From Elainellaceae cyanobacterium (GTDB lineage: Bacteria > Cyanobacteriota > Cyanobacteriia > CAZCXK01): a stretch of 63,002 bases of DNA. Positions 51,345 to 62,087 of the stretch are shown piece after piece. The stretch lies in NCBI GenBank assembly GCA_051117555.1, contig JBNPEG010000028.1, positions 1 through 63,002 of the forward strand, in the 5' to 3' direction. Position numbers and translations under genes: made by a program. The notes beneath the pieces were generated by a model that had not been told where the DNA came from, made no database searches, and was given only the letters and a program-made list of their open reading frames with translations. Each line of letters starts with the position of its first letter. Position 1 is the first letter of the stretch.

Positions 51345-52169
51345 TTAGCGTAGCGATCGCCTGAGTGGAAAAAAGTGACCGACGGGGCCTTGTCCATGAC
51401 CGATCTGTAGTGAGTGCTGCAAAGCGGACGTCACGTAGTGCTTTGCATGGCGAATAGCACCTGATAAATCATGACCGATTGCCAGATTAGCTGCGATCGC
51501 AGCAGATAGAGTGCAACCCGTACCATGAGTGTTGGGAGTATGCACCGTTTCGGTTTGCAACGTTTCAAAGCGATCGCCATCGAAGAACACATCTACTCCT
51601 TGCAGTTCTCCAGACATCCCTCCTCCTTTTACTACAACAGCCGTTGGGCCAAGTTCAAAAATCCGCTGGGCGGCTGCTTGCATATCTTTGAAGGTTGTAA
51701 TGCCCAATTCACTCAGTATTTGAGCCTCGTAACGATTGGGAGTTAACACGGTTGCCAACGGCGCTAGGCGCGACTTGAGCGTTGAGATAGCGGCGTCGTC
51801 GATGAGTTGAGCGCCGGTGCGAGATACCATGACCGGATCAACTACTAAATTGGGGAGAGGGTTTTCGTGGAGATAATGGGCGATCGCATCAATGATGTCT
51901 TGGTTTAACAACATGCCTGTTTTAACAGCGTGTATCGCGATATCGTCAATGACCGTTTGAATCTGAGCAATAACGGCGTCAGGAGAAAGGGCATCCACCC
52001 GGGTTACGCCTTGTGTATTCTGTGCCGTAATACAGGTAATTGCGCTGGTGCCATGGACTTGATGAAATGCAAACGTTCGCAAGTCAGCCTGAATCCCGGC
52101 CCCACCTCCACTATCAGACCCCGCGATGGTCATTGCGGTTGGTATCACTGGGGGGGTGCTTGGTGTCAT
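51345..52169 (-). CDS. thiD: Hydroxymethylpyrimidine/phosphomethylpyrimidine kinase
   Basis: TIAGSDSGGGAGIQAD, KTGML, VVDPVM, THGTGC. Confidence 0.96.
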   Translation of the reverse strand: MTPSTPPVIPTAMTIAGSDSGGGAGIQADLRTFAFHQVHGTSAITCITAQNTQGVTRVDALSPDAVIAQIQTVIDDIAIHAVKTGMLLNQDIIDAIAHYLHENPLPNLVVDPVMVSRTGAQLIDDAAISTLKSRLAPLATVLTPNRYEAQILSELGITTFKDMQAAAQRIFELGPTAVVVKGGGMSGELQGVDVFFDGDRFETLQTETVHTPNTHGTGCTLSAAIAANLAIGHDLSGAIRHAKHYVTSALQHSLQIGHGQGPVGHFFPLRRSLR

Positions 52170-52375
52170 ATTCACTCCAAAATCCAACGAAAAGCTACAT
52201 TTACTACGGTAGCTTTTCTCTAGGGCTCATCTTTAGTATAAGAGTGCGCCTTGAGCCACGCTTCCACGGCTATTCGGATTAGCTCCTAGCTAACGTTTAT
52301 CGGGTGAATCTACGGCATAATCAATCATTCGTTACACATCTGGCAACTCCTGCCCCACTGACACGCCGATTCTCA

Positions 52376-54025
52376 ATGCTGAGTCTGCGGACTAAACTGT
52401 TGCTTACCTTTAGCATCGCCTTTAGCATCGTTTTTGCCGGAGCTTTTTATTGGTTTTACACGTTCACGACCCACCAAGTAATGTTTCGCTTGCGGGAAGA
52501 TATGCGCTCAACGCTACGTGGCGCAGCAACAGGTGTTGACGTGCAAGAACTGATGGCCCTTTATAAAACCGGTAAACCGAATGCACAAGGGTTCTCAGAT
52601 GATCCTCGCTATCAAAATCAGATGGAATGGTTTGAAACCGTGCATGACCTCGAACCCCGGGCATGGCTCTATTCATTTACCGTCGGCTATGCGGAGACGA
52701 ATCGACGAGTAGGAAACATGGTTGTAGAACCCGGAGAACCTGAAGTCATCTATTTGGTTGACGTGTGGTCACGCTACAATCCCGCAAAGGCTGCCAGATT
52801 TCTTCAGTCTGACTATATCAGTCCGGAGGTTCGAAAAGTCATTGAGCAGGGCAGATTGATCGAGAAGCCCGACATTTATACGGACGACTGGGGCAGTTGG
52901 ATTTCTGCATTTATTCCTCTCCGTAACAATCAAGGCAAAATTGTCGCGGTTCTAGGCTTGGACATCGAAGCAGGTTATGTTTTGCAAATTCAGCATGCCA
53001 TTCGAAGGCGCATTCTAGTGTCGTTCGGTCTAACCTATGCTGGGTTATTGGTTTTGATCGATTTGCTATCTGGGATGTTAACGCGGCGGTTGCACAGATT
53101 TACAGAATCTGCAAAACGCATTGCAGATGGCGATTATGACGAAGGATTAGCCCTTCTCGATAGTGGGGCATTAGCCGATGAAATCAGTGTGCTAGCTCAT
53201 GCCTTTGAAAATATGATCGAAGGCATTCGTGTCCGTGAATACCAAATCATTGAAGGGAAGCGTATTGAAGATGAAATGCGTCAAACCCTCCAAGTCGAGA
53301 AAGAATTAAATGAACTGCAATCGCGTTTTATCTCGATGGTGTCTCATGAGTTTCGCACGCCACTTACAGTAATCCGAACCTCAATCGAGATTTTAGAGCA
53401 TTACGGTCATCGAGCGACCCCCGAAAAGCGGCACGAATATTTTCGACGCATTTGCGTGGCGATCGCCACTATGAATGGGCTACTAGACGATATTTTTGCG
53501 ATTGAAACGTCTGATTCATCAACATTAGAGTTTCATCCACAACCAATCGATCTCGATCAGTTTTGTCATGACCTCATCGAGGAGATTAGGCTCGATGAAA
53601 CCAGCAAACGGCATACGATTGCGTTTGTTAGAGGAGGTGACTGTAGCTGCGTTTATGTTGATCCAACCCTGCTGCGCTCCATCGTGACGAATTTACTATC
53701 TAATGCAGTGAAGTACTCGCCCGCCGATAGCACGATTGATTTTGAACTGTCGTGTGATGAGCACATGGCTGTTTTGATAGTTCGCGATCGCGGCATTGGG
53801 ATTCCACCAGACGATCAGCCTCGACTTTTTGAGATATTTCATCGAGCCAAAAATGTTGACACGATTCGAGGCACCGGTCTTGGGCTAGCCATCGTCAAAC
53901 AATGCGTCACGCAACATCATGGGCACATTTCATTTGTGAGCCAAGAAGGGATCGGCACAACATTCCAGGTGAGTATCCCAATCCAGCCCTGTAAAGAGGG
54001 CAACGTTAGACACATTGACGGCTAA
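52376..54025 (+). CDS. Membrane sensor histidine kinase (periplasmic sensor, HAMP, HisKA, HATPase)
   Basis: Two TMs; SHEFRTPL, NLLSNAVKY, DRGIGI, GTGLGL. Confidence 0.92.
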   Translation: MLSLRTKLLLTFSIAFSIVFAGAFYWFYTFTTHQVMFRLREDMRSTLRGAATGVDVQELMALYKTGKPNAQGFSDDPRYQNQMEWFETVHDLEPRAWLYSFTVGYAETNRRVGNMVVEPGEPEVIYLVDVWSRYNPAKAARFLQSDYISPEVRKVIEQGRLIEKPDIYTDDWGSWISAFIPLRNNQGKIVAVLGLDIEAGYVLQIQHAIRRRILVSFGLTYAGLLVLIDLLSGMLTRRLHRFTESAKRIADGDYDEGLALLDSGALADEISVLAHAFENMIEGIRVREYQIIEGKRIEDEMRQTLQVEKELNELQSRFISMVSHEFRTPLTVIRTSIEILEHYGHRATPEKRHEYFRRICVAIATMNGLLDDIFAIETSDSSTLEFHPQPIDLDQFCHDLIEEIRLDETSKRHTIAFVRGGDCSCVYVDPTLLRSIVTNLLSNAVKYSPADSTIDFELSCDEHMAVLIVRDRGIGIPPDDQPRLFEIFHRAKNVDTIRGTGLGLAIVKQCVTQHHGHISFVSQEGIGTTFQVSIPIQPCKEGNVRHIDG

Positions 54026-54926
54026 CCCTTAAAGCTAATCAAATAAAGATTGATTTCCTCCGTATATTTACTGAACTTGCCAACTTAGTCACCCAAATAC
54101 GTTCGCAATACCAGTAATAATGCTGTGGAATTTATAAATTTATATGCGTATTACAGACTAGATTTATCCCCTTCCACTTCACCGCTTCTTGATAAAAGGG
54201 GCCCAATTCTGACTTAATTAAAAAATTCTCGCTTCAAATAATTTAGGGAAAAGGACAATTATTGTTCTAAAAAAATATTGAAATTCCCTGATACAGAGGA
54301 TTTCACTCTGTAATAAGAAATATGTCGTGCTCCGATTAATCGAGTTGTTTGGATTGCATTTGAGTGAAACTTTATCGAAGCTTAAATTCTCTCACAAGCT
54401 TCTATAAAGCTAATCACCGAAATCAGTCATGTAACATTTGATTCATTAGACTAAGAATGTATTACGCACAATGCCCCTAGTAATACGACCTGTTACACCT
54501 GTTCTCTAACGTGTGTGAAATCGTTCCCTGATTTAGGTCAACTAAGTCCTATTAAGGCTCAATTTTGAGAACCCTCCTCAATTCGCTAGAGACTAAAACA
54601 GAAGATCCTTGCCATGCATTTCAAGTCTTGGGTTGGATTAAACCAAAACACCAAGACGGCTATTTGAGCATGCAATATCTGAATCTGATTGCGGTGACGT
54701 AGATAAGGGTTCTAATCCCCACCTGCAATAGAGATTCTAAAAATCAGGTTTGAGTTATGACTTCGTTGTCCTTGTCTGACTGAATGTTTGCATCTACCCT
54801 TCAATCGCTGAATGGTTCAAGCAAGGGCAATAAGAAATGAATGAGCTGGATTAGTCACCTTTGGCACCGTATTTTACGGAGCTGAGCCCAGCGTGCTGTG
54901 AAATTTTACAACTGGTGGAGTGTTCG

Positions 54927-55097
54927 ATGGTTTGCTTTCGCATTCACAATTCCGCATGTCTTAAATTGTTTATTCTGATGGGTTTGAGTATATCGATTGC
55001 TGCAACTGCATCAGGAGCGATCGCCAGTAATGGAATTGGTTCTCAATCTCCGAAAAACCCTGGGTGCGATGGCACTGTTCACACGAATTGCCCCTAA
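54927..55097 (+). CDS. Putative small secreted peptide (56 aa)
   Basis: GGAG upstream; hydrophobic stretch and AIA cleavage-like site; tail PGCDGTVHTNCP. Confidence 0.3.
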   Translation: MVCFRIHNSACLKLFILMGLSISIAATASGAIASNGIGSQSPKNPGCDGTVHTNCP

Positions 55098-55238
55098 TTA
55101 CCCCTAATTGCCCTTAATGGGAACGGATAATAACGCATGACATCTAGTGAGTAAGACTGGCGATGTTCAAACAATGTTGCCTGCTGTAGCCCTCCCTCTC
55201 AGGTAGAACCGTGAGTCTTACTCACTGACGATTTGCAT

Positions 55239-55994
55239 CTATAAGCGCACTCCTCCAAACACCGCCAGTTCAAAGAACTTAAAATAGCAATCAACGTGCT
55301 GAAATCCAATCTCACGGAGCCATTGACACTGGTCTTCGACAGATGCAAGGACGTTAGCATTTTGATCGTCTCGATTCAAGAACTGGTCAGCGATGGTTTC
55401 ACGAGATTTATCATCTCCCTGTTTTCGATGCCACTGATAGAGGGCATCGATCAATGCATCGTTGAAAATTTCCTCTATCCAGGCAGTCCGAGAGGATACA
55501 TGTTCAATATTCAGGAAGCATCCGCCAGGTTTCAACTGGTGATAGATTTCCTGATAGAGCGATCGCTTACGAGTGTCGGAGAGATGATGGATGCAATAGC
55601 CTGATACGACTGCATCAACCTGATTCAGGGTGCTCTGCCAACTTGAATGCAAATCGGCATGACGAATGTCGACCCGATCGCCAAACGGCACAAGACGTTG
55701 TCTGGCTTGATGGAGCATGGGTTCTGAAAAGTCAATAGCTATGACCCGACTATCAGGGTAATGAGTCAATATGGCTTCTGAGATCACGCCGTCTCCGCAT
55801 CCCAAATCTGCTATCTGATAGGCCGTAGATGAGGATTTCTCATCCATGGATTGCACCCCAAATGCACTGAAGGCGCAATCTATCAGGCGTATAGCAATGC
55901 CAATCTGTTCGGACGCAAAGGGGATGCCGCCTCGAACGCCAGTCAAAAATTTCTCAACAATCGTGGAATCTTGCCAAATTTGATCGCGTCTCAT
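55239..55994 (-). CDS. Class I SAM-dependent methyltransferase
   Basis: ADLGCGDG, IDFSEPML, LKPGG. Confidence 0.9.
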   Translation of the reverse strand: MRRDQIWQDSTIVEKFLTGVRGGIPFASEQIGIAIRLIDCAFSAFGVQSMDEKSSSTAYQIADLGCGDGVISEAILTHYPDSRVIAIDFSEPMLHQARQRLVPFGDRVDIRHADLHSSWQSTLNQVDAVVSGYCIHHLSDTRKRSLYQEIYHQLKPGGCFLNIEHVSSRTAWIEEIFNDALIDALYQWHRKQGDDKSRETIADQFLNRDDQNANVLASVEDQCQWLREIGFQHVDCYFKFFELAVFGGVRL

Positions 55995-55997
55995 GGA

Positions 55998-57110
55998 TTA
56001 ATCTCCTTTAATCCAACCGTGTTGAAGATCGAGTCCTCGCTCGTGCATGGCGTTTGCAAATAAAGGAGTAGGCAGCACTGCCTCAACGGACCAAACCCCA
56101 GGCTTACTGATTTTTCCTGATAGAACCAACTGAGCAATACTACCTGTGCCGTAGCCTGCGGCAATAGCCGTATTGTTATGCACTACGGTTAACCCATAGT
56201 GACACTCTTGATTATCTTTATACCCACTAATTCGAGCTTGAATGCCGACCCCAATGCCGCTAAATCGATCGGTGATCGTGGTCATTCGATAACTGACCTG
56301 GGACAAAAATTCAATGCCCGACGGATTTTGAAGCCATGATTTTGGAAACCAATGGGCCGTAATCCAGGTGAGGTGATTATAAAAATCGGGAGCAGACCCA
56401 AACTTGGTGATGACGGTATCGACCGGAAATGACTCTGCCAGAGTGACGGTTTCTGGCATCTCATACCAGTAGACTCCGACTTTTCCGTAAGGTTTGGGGA
56501 GTTGAATGGTTTCGCGATCGCTGTAGGGTTTAATTGTCTGCCACTGTCCATTCACCCAGGCTCGAAACTGACGTACTAATCCTAAAAACGTGGTTCGCAT
56601 CACTGTCACGCCAGCCCCTCCCGATCCCCCGACGACATAGCCCAGATGAATAGTTTCAGGTTTATCAAACTGTTCAATGCCTTGCCGCACAATGCTATTT
56701 GAAATGCCTGGAAAAATTCCCGTATTAATCACAGCGGTGATCCCTGACTGCTGGGCAGCATCTTGATAGGTGAGTGCTCGTCGAGTAAACTCGACGCTGT
56801 CGCTGACATCTAAATAGTTGACTCCCAATTCAATGCACAGTTGTAAGACACGGGCATCTCGACGATGAAATGGACCTGCACAGTGAATCACTAGATCGGC
56901 ATCTGCGATCGCCCGTTTAAGAGCTTCCCAGTCTGCTAGCTCTAAGGGCAAAAATTCTGGAGATTTTTGCGGATGCGTGAGTCGTTTGGCTGTAGACCTT
57001 GGTTGACGACCTGTAATCGTCACGTGGGCGTGTGTATAGGTCAGGATATCTAGAGCAACGCTGCTCCCAATCCGCCCTTGCCCACCCAAAATTAAAACCC
57101 GTTGTGTCAT
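55998..57110 (-). CDS. Saccharopine dehydrogenase-like oxidoreductase
   Basis: LGGQGRIG, HCAGPF, NTGIFPGISN. Confidence 0.88.
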   Translation of the reverse strand: MTQRVLILGGQGRIGSSVALDILTYTHAHVTITGRQPRSTAKRLTHPQKSPEFLPLELADWEALKRAIADADLVIHCAGPFHRRDARVLQLCIELGVNYLDVSDSVEFTRRALTYQDAAQQSGITAVINTGIFPGISNSIVRQGIEQFDKPETIHLGYVVGGSGGAGVTVMRTTFLGLVRQFRAWVNGQWQTIKPYSDRETIQLPKPYGKVGVYWYEMPETVTLAESFPVDTVITKFGSAPDFYNHLTWITAHWFPKSWLQNPSGIEFLSQVSYRMTTITDRFSGIGVGIQARISGYKDNQECHYGLTVVHNNTAIAAGYGTGSIAQLVLSGKISKPGVWSVEAVLPTPLFANAMHERGLDLQHGWIKGD

Positions 57111-57321
57111 CAGGGACCCTTATACGATACCGCGGTTTTGCGATGATCCCATGATTTCATCGCACGCGAAAGGGCAATAAGACAGAAATGAGAGAAATCA
57201 GCTTGCAATGGATGGAGTTTGGAAAAAACCTGTTCGAATATGCTGAATCATTTGATAGCTTTTCAAAGGTTTTAGGGAGAAATTAGAGAAAAACTGCCGA
57301 CTATTGGGATGGTGAAACGGG

Positions 57322-58167
57322 ATGGTGAAGAAAAGTCATGCAATCGCCCTAATGACACCGATTTTGCTATCGCTGCCAGGGTTTTCCGCAGCGACACGGG
57401 CACAGACACAAATGAGCGATCTGGAAACGCTTCACCTCAATCTGCAAGCGGCAGTCTGTCAGAACGATTGGAATCGCGCACTCCAATACGTCAATCCGAT
57501 GATTAGTTCACCTGAATTAACAAATCGCTCGCGCGCCGAACTGATTCAGTTTCGCCAGCAATTGCAAACCTGGCAATCAACGGGAGCCCCGATTGATAAT
57601 GTGCCCAATTGTGACGAGGCGATCGCAGAGGTAGAGGCATCATCCAATGACAGTGAGCCAAGCCGCTCAATTGACTGGCAACGCGTCACGCAACCCTACC
57701 AACACAATGCGCGTTCATCTCCCGTGCAGCCGGGTATAAGCCCTGCGAATTCAACGGCTCAAGCGAGTGGCGATCGCCAACAGTGTATTCAATTGGGCAC
57801 CATCATTGGTCAAGCGGATCAACACGCATCAACTGCCTTTGAAGGAGCAAACTTTTCTGATATCAACTCGTTGCTAAGCACGATGTCTCAGCTTGCTGCC
57901 ATCTCGGATCGAGCCGCAGGAGATTTGCAAACTCTTTCGATTTCAGACAATCAGCTACGAGGATTGGTAACTAACTTTGTGTCGATGTATTCTAACTTTA
58001 GCCATAGCGCCCGTGAATTTATCACGGCTGCTAACTCTGGAAACATCTGGACATTAGAAGCATCGTTGGCCGAAATGGAAACTATGGCAAACCGAGGGGT
58101 TTCGCTTGCCAATCAGGTCAACTCGTACTGTGGTTGGCAAGTCGTCACTACCTATGATCGGCAATAG
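57322..58167 (+). CDS. Secreted hypothetical protein
   Basis: Signal-peptide-like N-terminus; AVCQNDWNRAL motif; helical C-terminal domain. Confidence 0.65.
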   Translation: MVKKSHAIALMTPILLSLPGFSAATRAQTQMSDLETLHLNLQAAVCQNDWNRALQYVNPMISSPELTNRSRAELIQFRQQLQTWQSTGAPIDNVPNCDEAIAEVEASSNDSEPSRSIDWQRVTQPYQHNARSSPVQPGISPANSTAQASGDRQQCIQLGTIIGQADQHASTAFEGANFSDINSLLSTMSQLAAISDRAAGDLQTLSISDNQLRGLVTNFVSMYSNFSHSAREFITAANSGNIWTLEASLAEMETMANRGVSLANQVNSYCGWQVVTTYDRQ

Positions 58168-58271
58168 GCATGTCCTTACATCCAAGACTCAGAGATGTGG
58201 CTATAGTGAAACGGGGCGATCGCCGCTCCCGTGGTAGAAGCGAACAGCGATTACGAACGGGTTAGCGAGAA

Positions 58272-59195
58272 TTATGCATCTTTGAGCAGACGAAATCCGA
58301 ACAAAATATGCCGAGAGTCAAGCGGGCGAGTATGTCGATAGGCGGCGCGGCAGAACCCAGGCAAATCGTCCCACGAACAGCCTTTCATAATCGATACGGT
58401 TTCTTCGCCTTCCTCGACAGGCGGAAACGTATATTCAAAGACGTTGCCTGCCATATCGTCTGCACCATAGGGACTGCGGCTTAGAGGATAAGCTCCAACC
58501 TCGGTAGTATGCAGCCCGCCCTGTTGTGCCCAGTTGGTGGCATCATTTTGCCACGTATCGCCCCACGGGAAATAGCGACCATCGGTGCTGCGAGCAGCCT
58601 TTTCCCATTCATCTGCTGTCGGTAGCCGATAGGACGTTCCGTCCTGCTCGTCCTTCCAGTCGGCATAGGCGATCGCATCTTCATAGGACACCAGCACCAC
58701 GGGATGCTGTCCCTCGCCGGTTGGATAGGTACCGTTTGTCCACAGAAACGGTCGCACATCTTCATAGGGATGCACGAGAAAACCTTGTTCTTGGTAGTCT
58801 GCTTCTGAAATGCCGGGTGGACGATGTCCAGTGGCGTCGATGAATGCCTGATAGTCTGCATTGGTGATGAGATTGCGGCTGATGCAAAATGCAGGGAGCG
58901 ATTTCGTCTGACGGGGAGGCTCAAATTCAAACCAGCGTCGTTCTCGCAGTCGCTGTTCTGCTTGAGAAATCTGGCTAGGACTTTGGGCGATCGCCTCTGC
59001 TGAGATTTGATAGGCGTAGTCTCGTTCTGCCTGATCGCTGCCGGCGATGTAGTCACCATCTGGAACAAACACAAAGGCGGCATCGACCTCGCAGCGATCG
59101 CGCGTCATGGAGCGATCGGGTAGAGAAGTCTGCCCACAACTGATTGCAATAGCAACCATGAGAAGCGCTGCGATCCATCTCAAACAATGATTCAT
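58272..59195 (-). CDS. Formylglycine-generating enzyme (FGE/SUMF1)-fold lipoprotein
   Basis: Lipobox AISC; HPVVLVS, RLPTADEWEKAAR, DMAGNVFE, GFR. Confidence 0.88.
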   Translation of the reverse strand: MNHCLRWIAALLMVAIAISCGQTSLPDRSMTRDRCEVDAAFVFVPDGDYIAGSDQAERDYAYQISAEAIAQSPSQISQAEQRLRERRWFEFEPPRQTKSLPAFCISRNLITNADYQAFIDATGHRPPGISEADYQEQGFLVHPYEDVRPFLWTNGTYPTGEGQHPVVLVSYEDAIAYADWKDEQDGTSYRLPTADEWEKAARSTDGRYFPWGDTWQNDATNWAQQGGLHTTEVGAYPLSRSPYGADDMAGNVFEYTFPPVEEGEETVSIMKGCSWDDLPGFCRAAYRHTRPLDSRHILFGFRLLKDA

Positions 59196-59367
59196 CGGGT
59201 TTGCATCAATGTCTATTAAACGTCTTACCCAAATCGTCGCTTGTTACACTCAGGAAAAGACTGTCTTTAGACTAGCAAGGCAGAGGAATCGCTGAACGTA
59301 TTTTTATCGACGGTTGACCACCTCCAATTAGCATCAAACAACCACTAACCGAAATACAGAAAATCTA

Positions 59368-60021
59368 ATGCAACAGATTCGTTCAGATACACTCATATCA
59401 GACGCACACGTATCAGACGCACAAGATTTTTGGGCCACAGCGGATGGGCAGTGCCATCCCTTTTTTCCTGATGAGTTTGTTTCACCCATAGCCCCCTATC
59501 GGCTCTATCGATTCCTAACTGATCTGGAAGACGTTTTGGCGGCTGAACCGGACGATGTTCAACGCATTCAAGCGATCGCGCCTTTAGTGCGAACCTTGCT
59601 GACGAGTTCTGATTGGCTGCAAATGGAATATCGTGAGCCTCATCCCGAAAAGGGCTGGTCGGTCAAGTTTCTCTATCGAGAACCCAAGTTTCCAATTACG
59701 GTGCAGATGGTGTCATGGTCGCCCCAGCAGCGATCGACGATCCACAATCATGCAACCTGGGGCATTGTGGCGCTTATTAATGGTCAGGAGAAAAATACCT
59801 TCTGGAGGCGATCGCCCACCCCCGAGCATCCCAATCGCATCGAGAAAGTCGGGGAGCAGATTCTCGTCCCTGGCGATATGATTGGATTCACCCCAGATGC
59901 GATTCACTGCGTTGAGGCATTAGGCGATGAACCGACGATTAGCTTTAATCTCTATGGCGTCACCGCCTACGATCAGCGCTACAAATTTGACCCCGACCGT
60001 CATACGGCTGAAAAATTCTAG
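59368..60021 (+). CDS. Cupin, cysteine dioxygenase-like
   Basis: STIHNHATWG...AIHCVE, SFNLYG. Confidence 0.8.
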   Translation: MQQIRSDTLISDAHVSDAQDFWATADGQCHPFFPDEFVSPIAPYRLYRFLTDLEDVLAAEPDDVQRIQAIAPLVRTLLTSSDWLQMEYREPHPEKGWSVKFLYREPKFPITVQMVSWSPQQRSTIHNHATWGIVALINGQEKNTFWRRSPTPEHPNRIEKVGEQILVPGDMIGFTPDAIHCVEALGDEPTISFNLYGVTAYDQRYKFDPDRHTAEKF

Positions 60022-60072
60022 TAGATCTTCATAAACGATCGTTTAAATAAAACCGAGTATGCAGGAGGCGAT

Positions 60073-60834
60073 ATGGTTTTGCCGACCCGTGCCCCCCAGG
60101 ACATCATCTACCCCGAGAGCGATGGTCGCCCCATGGCGGACAACACGAAGCAGTTTCGCTGGATCGTCACGATCAAAGAAAATTTAGAAATTTTATTCGC
60201 TGATCGAGACGATGTGTTTGTAGCAGGCGATCTACTGTGGTATCCCGTTGAGGGAGACAACAAGACACGACAAGCTCCTGATGCGATGGTGGTATTTGGA
60301 CGCCCCAAAGGCGATCGCGGGTCATATCAACAGTGGAAAGAAGACAACATCCCGCCTCAAGTGGTGTTTGAAATTCTGTCACCGGGTAACTCGCTCAAAG
60401 AGATGACCAAGAAGCTGAAGTTTTATGAGCGGTTTGGGGTTGACGAATACTACATCTATGATCCCGATGATATTGACCTGCATGGGCTTCAGCGCGTTGG
60501 GAATGAGTTAGTCGTTGTCGAAGACATGGCCGGATGGACGAGTCCCCGACTTGGGATTCGATTTGAACTCAGCCCTGAAACCTTAACTATTTACTATCCA
60601 GATGAACGCAAGTTTTTGACCGTTGTTGAACTCGATCGGCTCCGCGAGCAAGAACGGCAGCGAGCTGACCAAGAGCAGCAGCGAGCTGACCAAGAACGGC
60701 AGCGAGCCGACCGGGCTGAACAAGCTCAGCACGATGCAATTCCCCGTCTACTGGCAATGGGGCTCACGATTGAACAGGTTGCCGATGCGCTGAATGTCTC
60801 TGTCGATGAGGTCAGACGGCGATCGCCGTCTTAA
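60073..60834 (+). CDS. Uma2 family endonuclease-like protein
   Basis: YPESDGRPMADN, APDAMV, EILSPGN, GVDEYYIYDP; EQERQRAD repeats. Confidence 0.92.
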   Translation: MVLPTRAPQDIIYPESDGRPMADNTKQFRWIVTIKENLEILFADRDDVFVAGDLLWYPVEGDNKTRQAPDAMVVFGRPKGDRGSYQQWKEDNIPPQVVFEILSPGNSLKEMTKKLKFYERFGVDEYYIYDPDDIDLHGLQRVGNELVVVEDMAGWTSPRLGIRFELSPETLTIYYPDERKFLTVVELDRLREQERQRADQEQQRADQERQRADRAEQAQHDAIPRLLAMGLTIEQVADALNVSVDEVRRRSPS

Positions 60835-60925
60835 ATAGAGTCATCCCAGATGGGTTGAGCGGTGAGGTTGGCGGCGCCCGCCCCACCGCTCACACACAAT
60901 TTACAAGCGATTTAGGATCGCTATA
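60835..60925. mobile_element. ~90-bp MITE-like element, copy 2 (inverted)
   Basis: Ends CACACACAATTTACAAGCGATTTAGGATCGCTATA, the reverse complement of 42859-42893. Confidence 0.7.
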
Positions 60926-60930
60926 TCTTA

Positions 60931-60993
60931 AAGCAGAGGGCAGAAGGCAGAAGAAAAGGCAGAAAGGCAGAAAGGCAGAAAGCAAAAGGCAAA
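60931..60993. repeat. Short tandem (7-8 bp) GGCAGAA(A) repeats, STRR-like
   Basis: GGCAGAA/GGCAGAAA iterated several times. Confidence 0.65.
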
Positions 60994-61111
60994 ATAAACG
61001 CTGACCTCAGTTTCAATGCATTTCTTTGCGCTGAAATCGCTGATTTCATTCCCCAAACTGAACTAGCATAAAACATAGAAGAGCAATCCAATGAGAAGCT
61101 AGCCTAGTATC

Positions 61112-61840
61112 ATGACTCAACTTCCAAATGATTTGGATGAGGCGATCGCTCAAGCACGAGAGGCTACGACGGCAGCCGTCGAAGATGGCTATTCCCGCCT
61201 CCAGATTGAACTCGTGATTCCAGAACTAAAAGTGATGCCTGTCGCTGAGAAATTTTTGTTGGCCTTTGAAGAGTTGGGCTCTCAGCTCCGTGTCTTTTTC
61301 CCTGATCCGGGTGCCGCTGCGTTAGCCCGTCGAGACTGGGGTGAAAAACCCTATGCGATTCGAGGCATCGGGGAGCTTAAAGCCAAGATCCAGCCTGAAG
61401 AAACCCTATTTCTATTCATCGAACCGTCATCAGTCGAGGTTCAACAAGTAGAAGAGCTATGCAACGAAGCAGGCGAGCGTCCCGTCGTTTTTCTCAATCC
61501 TAAGCTAGAAGATATCGCCACGATTGGTATTGGATATGCGGGGCGACAGCTTCGAGAGAGATTTCTAAACACGTTTGATTCGTGCTATTACATTCGCCCC
61601 ATGGAGGGCGCAATGCTGTTTCGGTGCTATCCCTCACCCTGGCAAGTCTGGATAGAATCTGACGATACCTACGAACTCGTCGCAGAAGAACCTCAAAAAC
61701 CGATCGGAGAAAAGCTTGAGAGAATTTTGGTAGGTACATTGAATTCGGGTGATACTGAGTCTCAAGCTGTGCAGACGCAACCGCCCCGCAAAGGATTGCT
61801 ATCCGGGTTGCAGCAGTTTTTGAGAGCGCTGAGTCAATAA
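61112..61840 (+). CDS. DUF1995 family protein
   Basis: FFPDPGAAALARRDW, GIGYAGRQLRERF, LFRCYPSPWQ. Confidence 0.85.
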   Translation: MTQLPNDLDEAIAQAREATTAAVEDGYSRLQIELVIPELKVMPVAEKFLLAFEELGSQLRVFFPDPGAAALARRDWGEKPYAIRGIGELKAKIQPEETLFLFIEPSSVEVQQVEELCNEAGERPVVFLNPKLEDIATIGIGYAGRQLRERFLNTFDSCYYIRPMEGAMLFRCYPSPWQVWIESDDTYELVAEEPQKPIGEKLERILVGTLNSGDTESQAVQTQPPRKGLLSGLQQFLRALSQ

Positions 61841-62087
61841 CACAGAATGGTGAAATTTGAATTAAGTTGCGATGATATTAACTCAGAATGGTGCAGCTAC
61901 AAAGAGGTGTCAGGCATAATGGATAGAATAGCGTAACGACTTCTCGAATCAAGGGTTAATGCCAACGCGTAGCCGTCAACTCAACGAGTTAACAAACCAT
62001 CTTCAGCAAAAAAAATTGCATCCCGGATATTTACCAAACTGGTCCGCCATTAATATATGACTATCAAACGCGAGGTATAGAGCGAGG

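Noticed and set aside
58481..59083. 200-aa alternative-frame ORF and other shadow ORFs in the track
   Set aside because: Lie within well-supported genes and show no recognisable motifs
55239..60021. Ergothioneine/ovothiol-like cluster (methyltransferase, FGE-fold, cupin)
   Set aside because: Mixed orientations; the FGE protein is a lipoprotein lacking a DinB-like metal domain; the methyltransferase is not EgtD-like
60640..60725. 21-bp repeats in the Uma2 gene
   Set aside because: EQERQRAD coiled-coil repeats are common in this family
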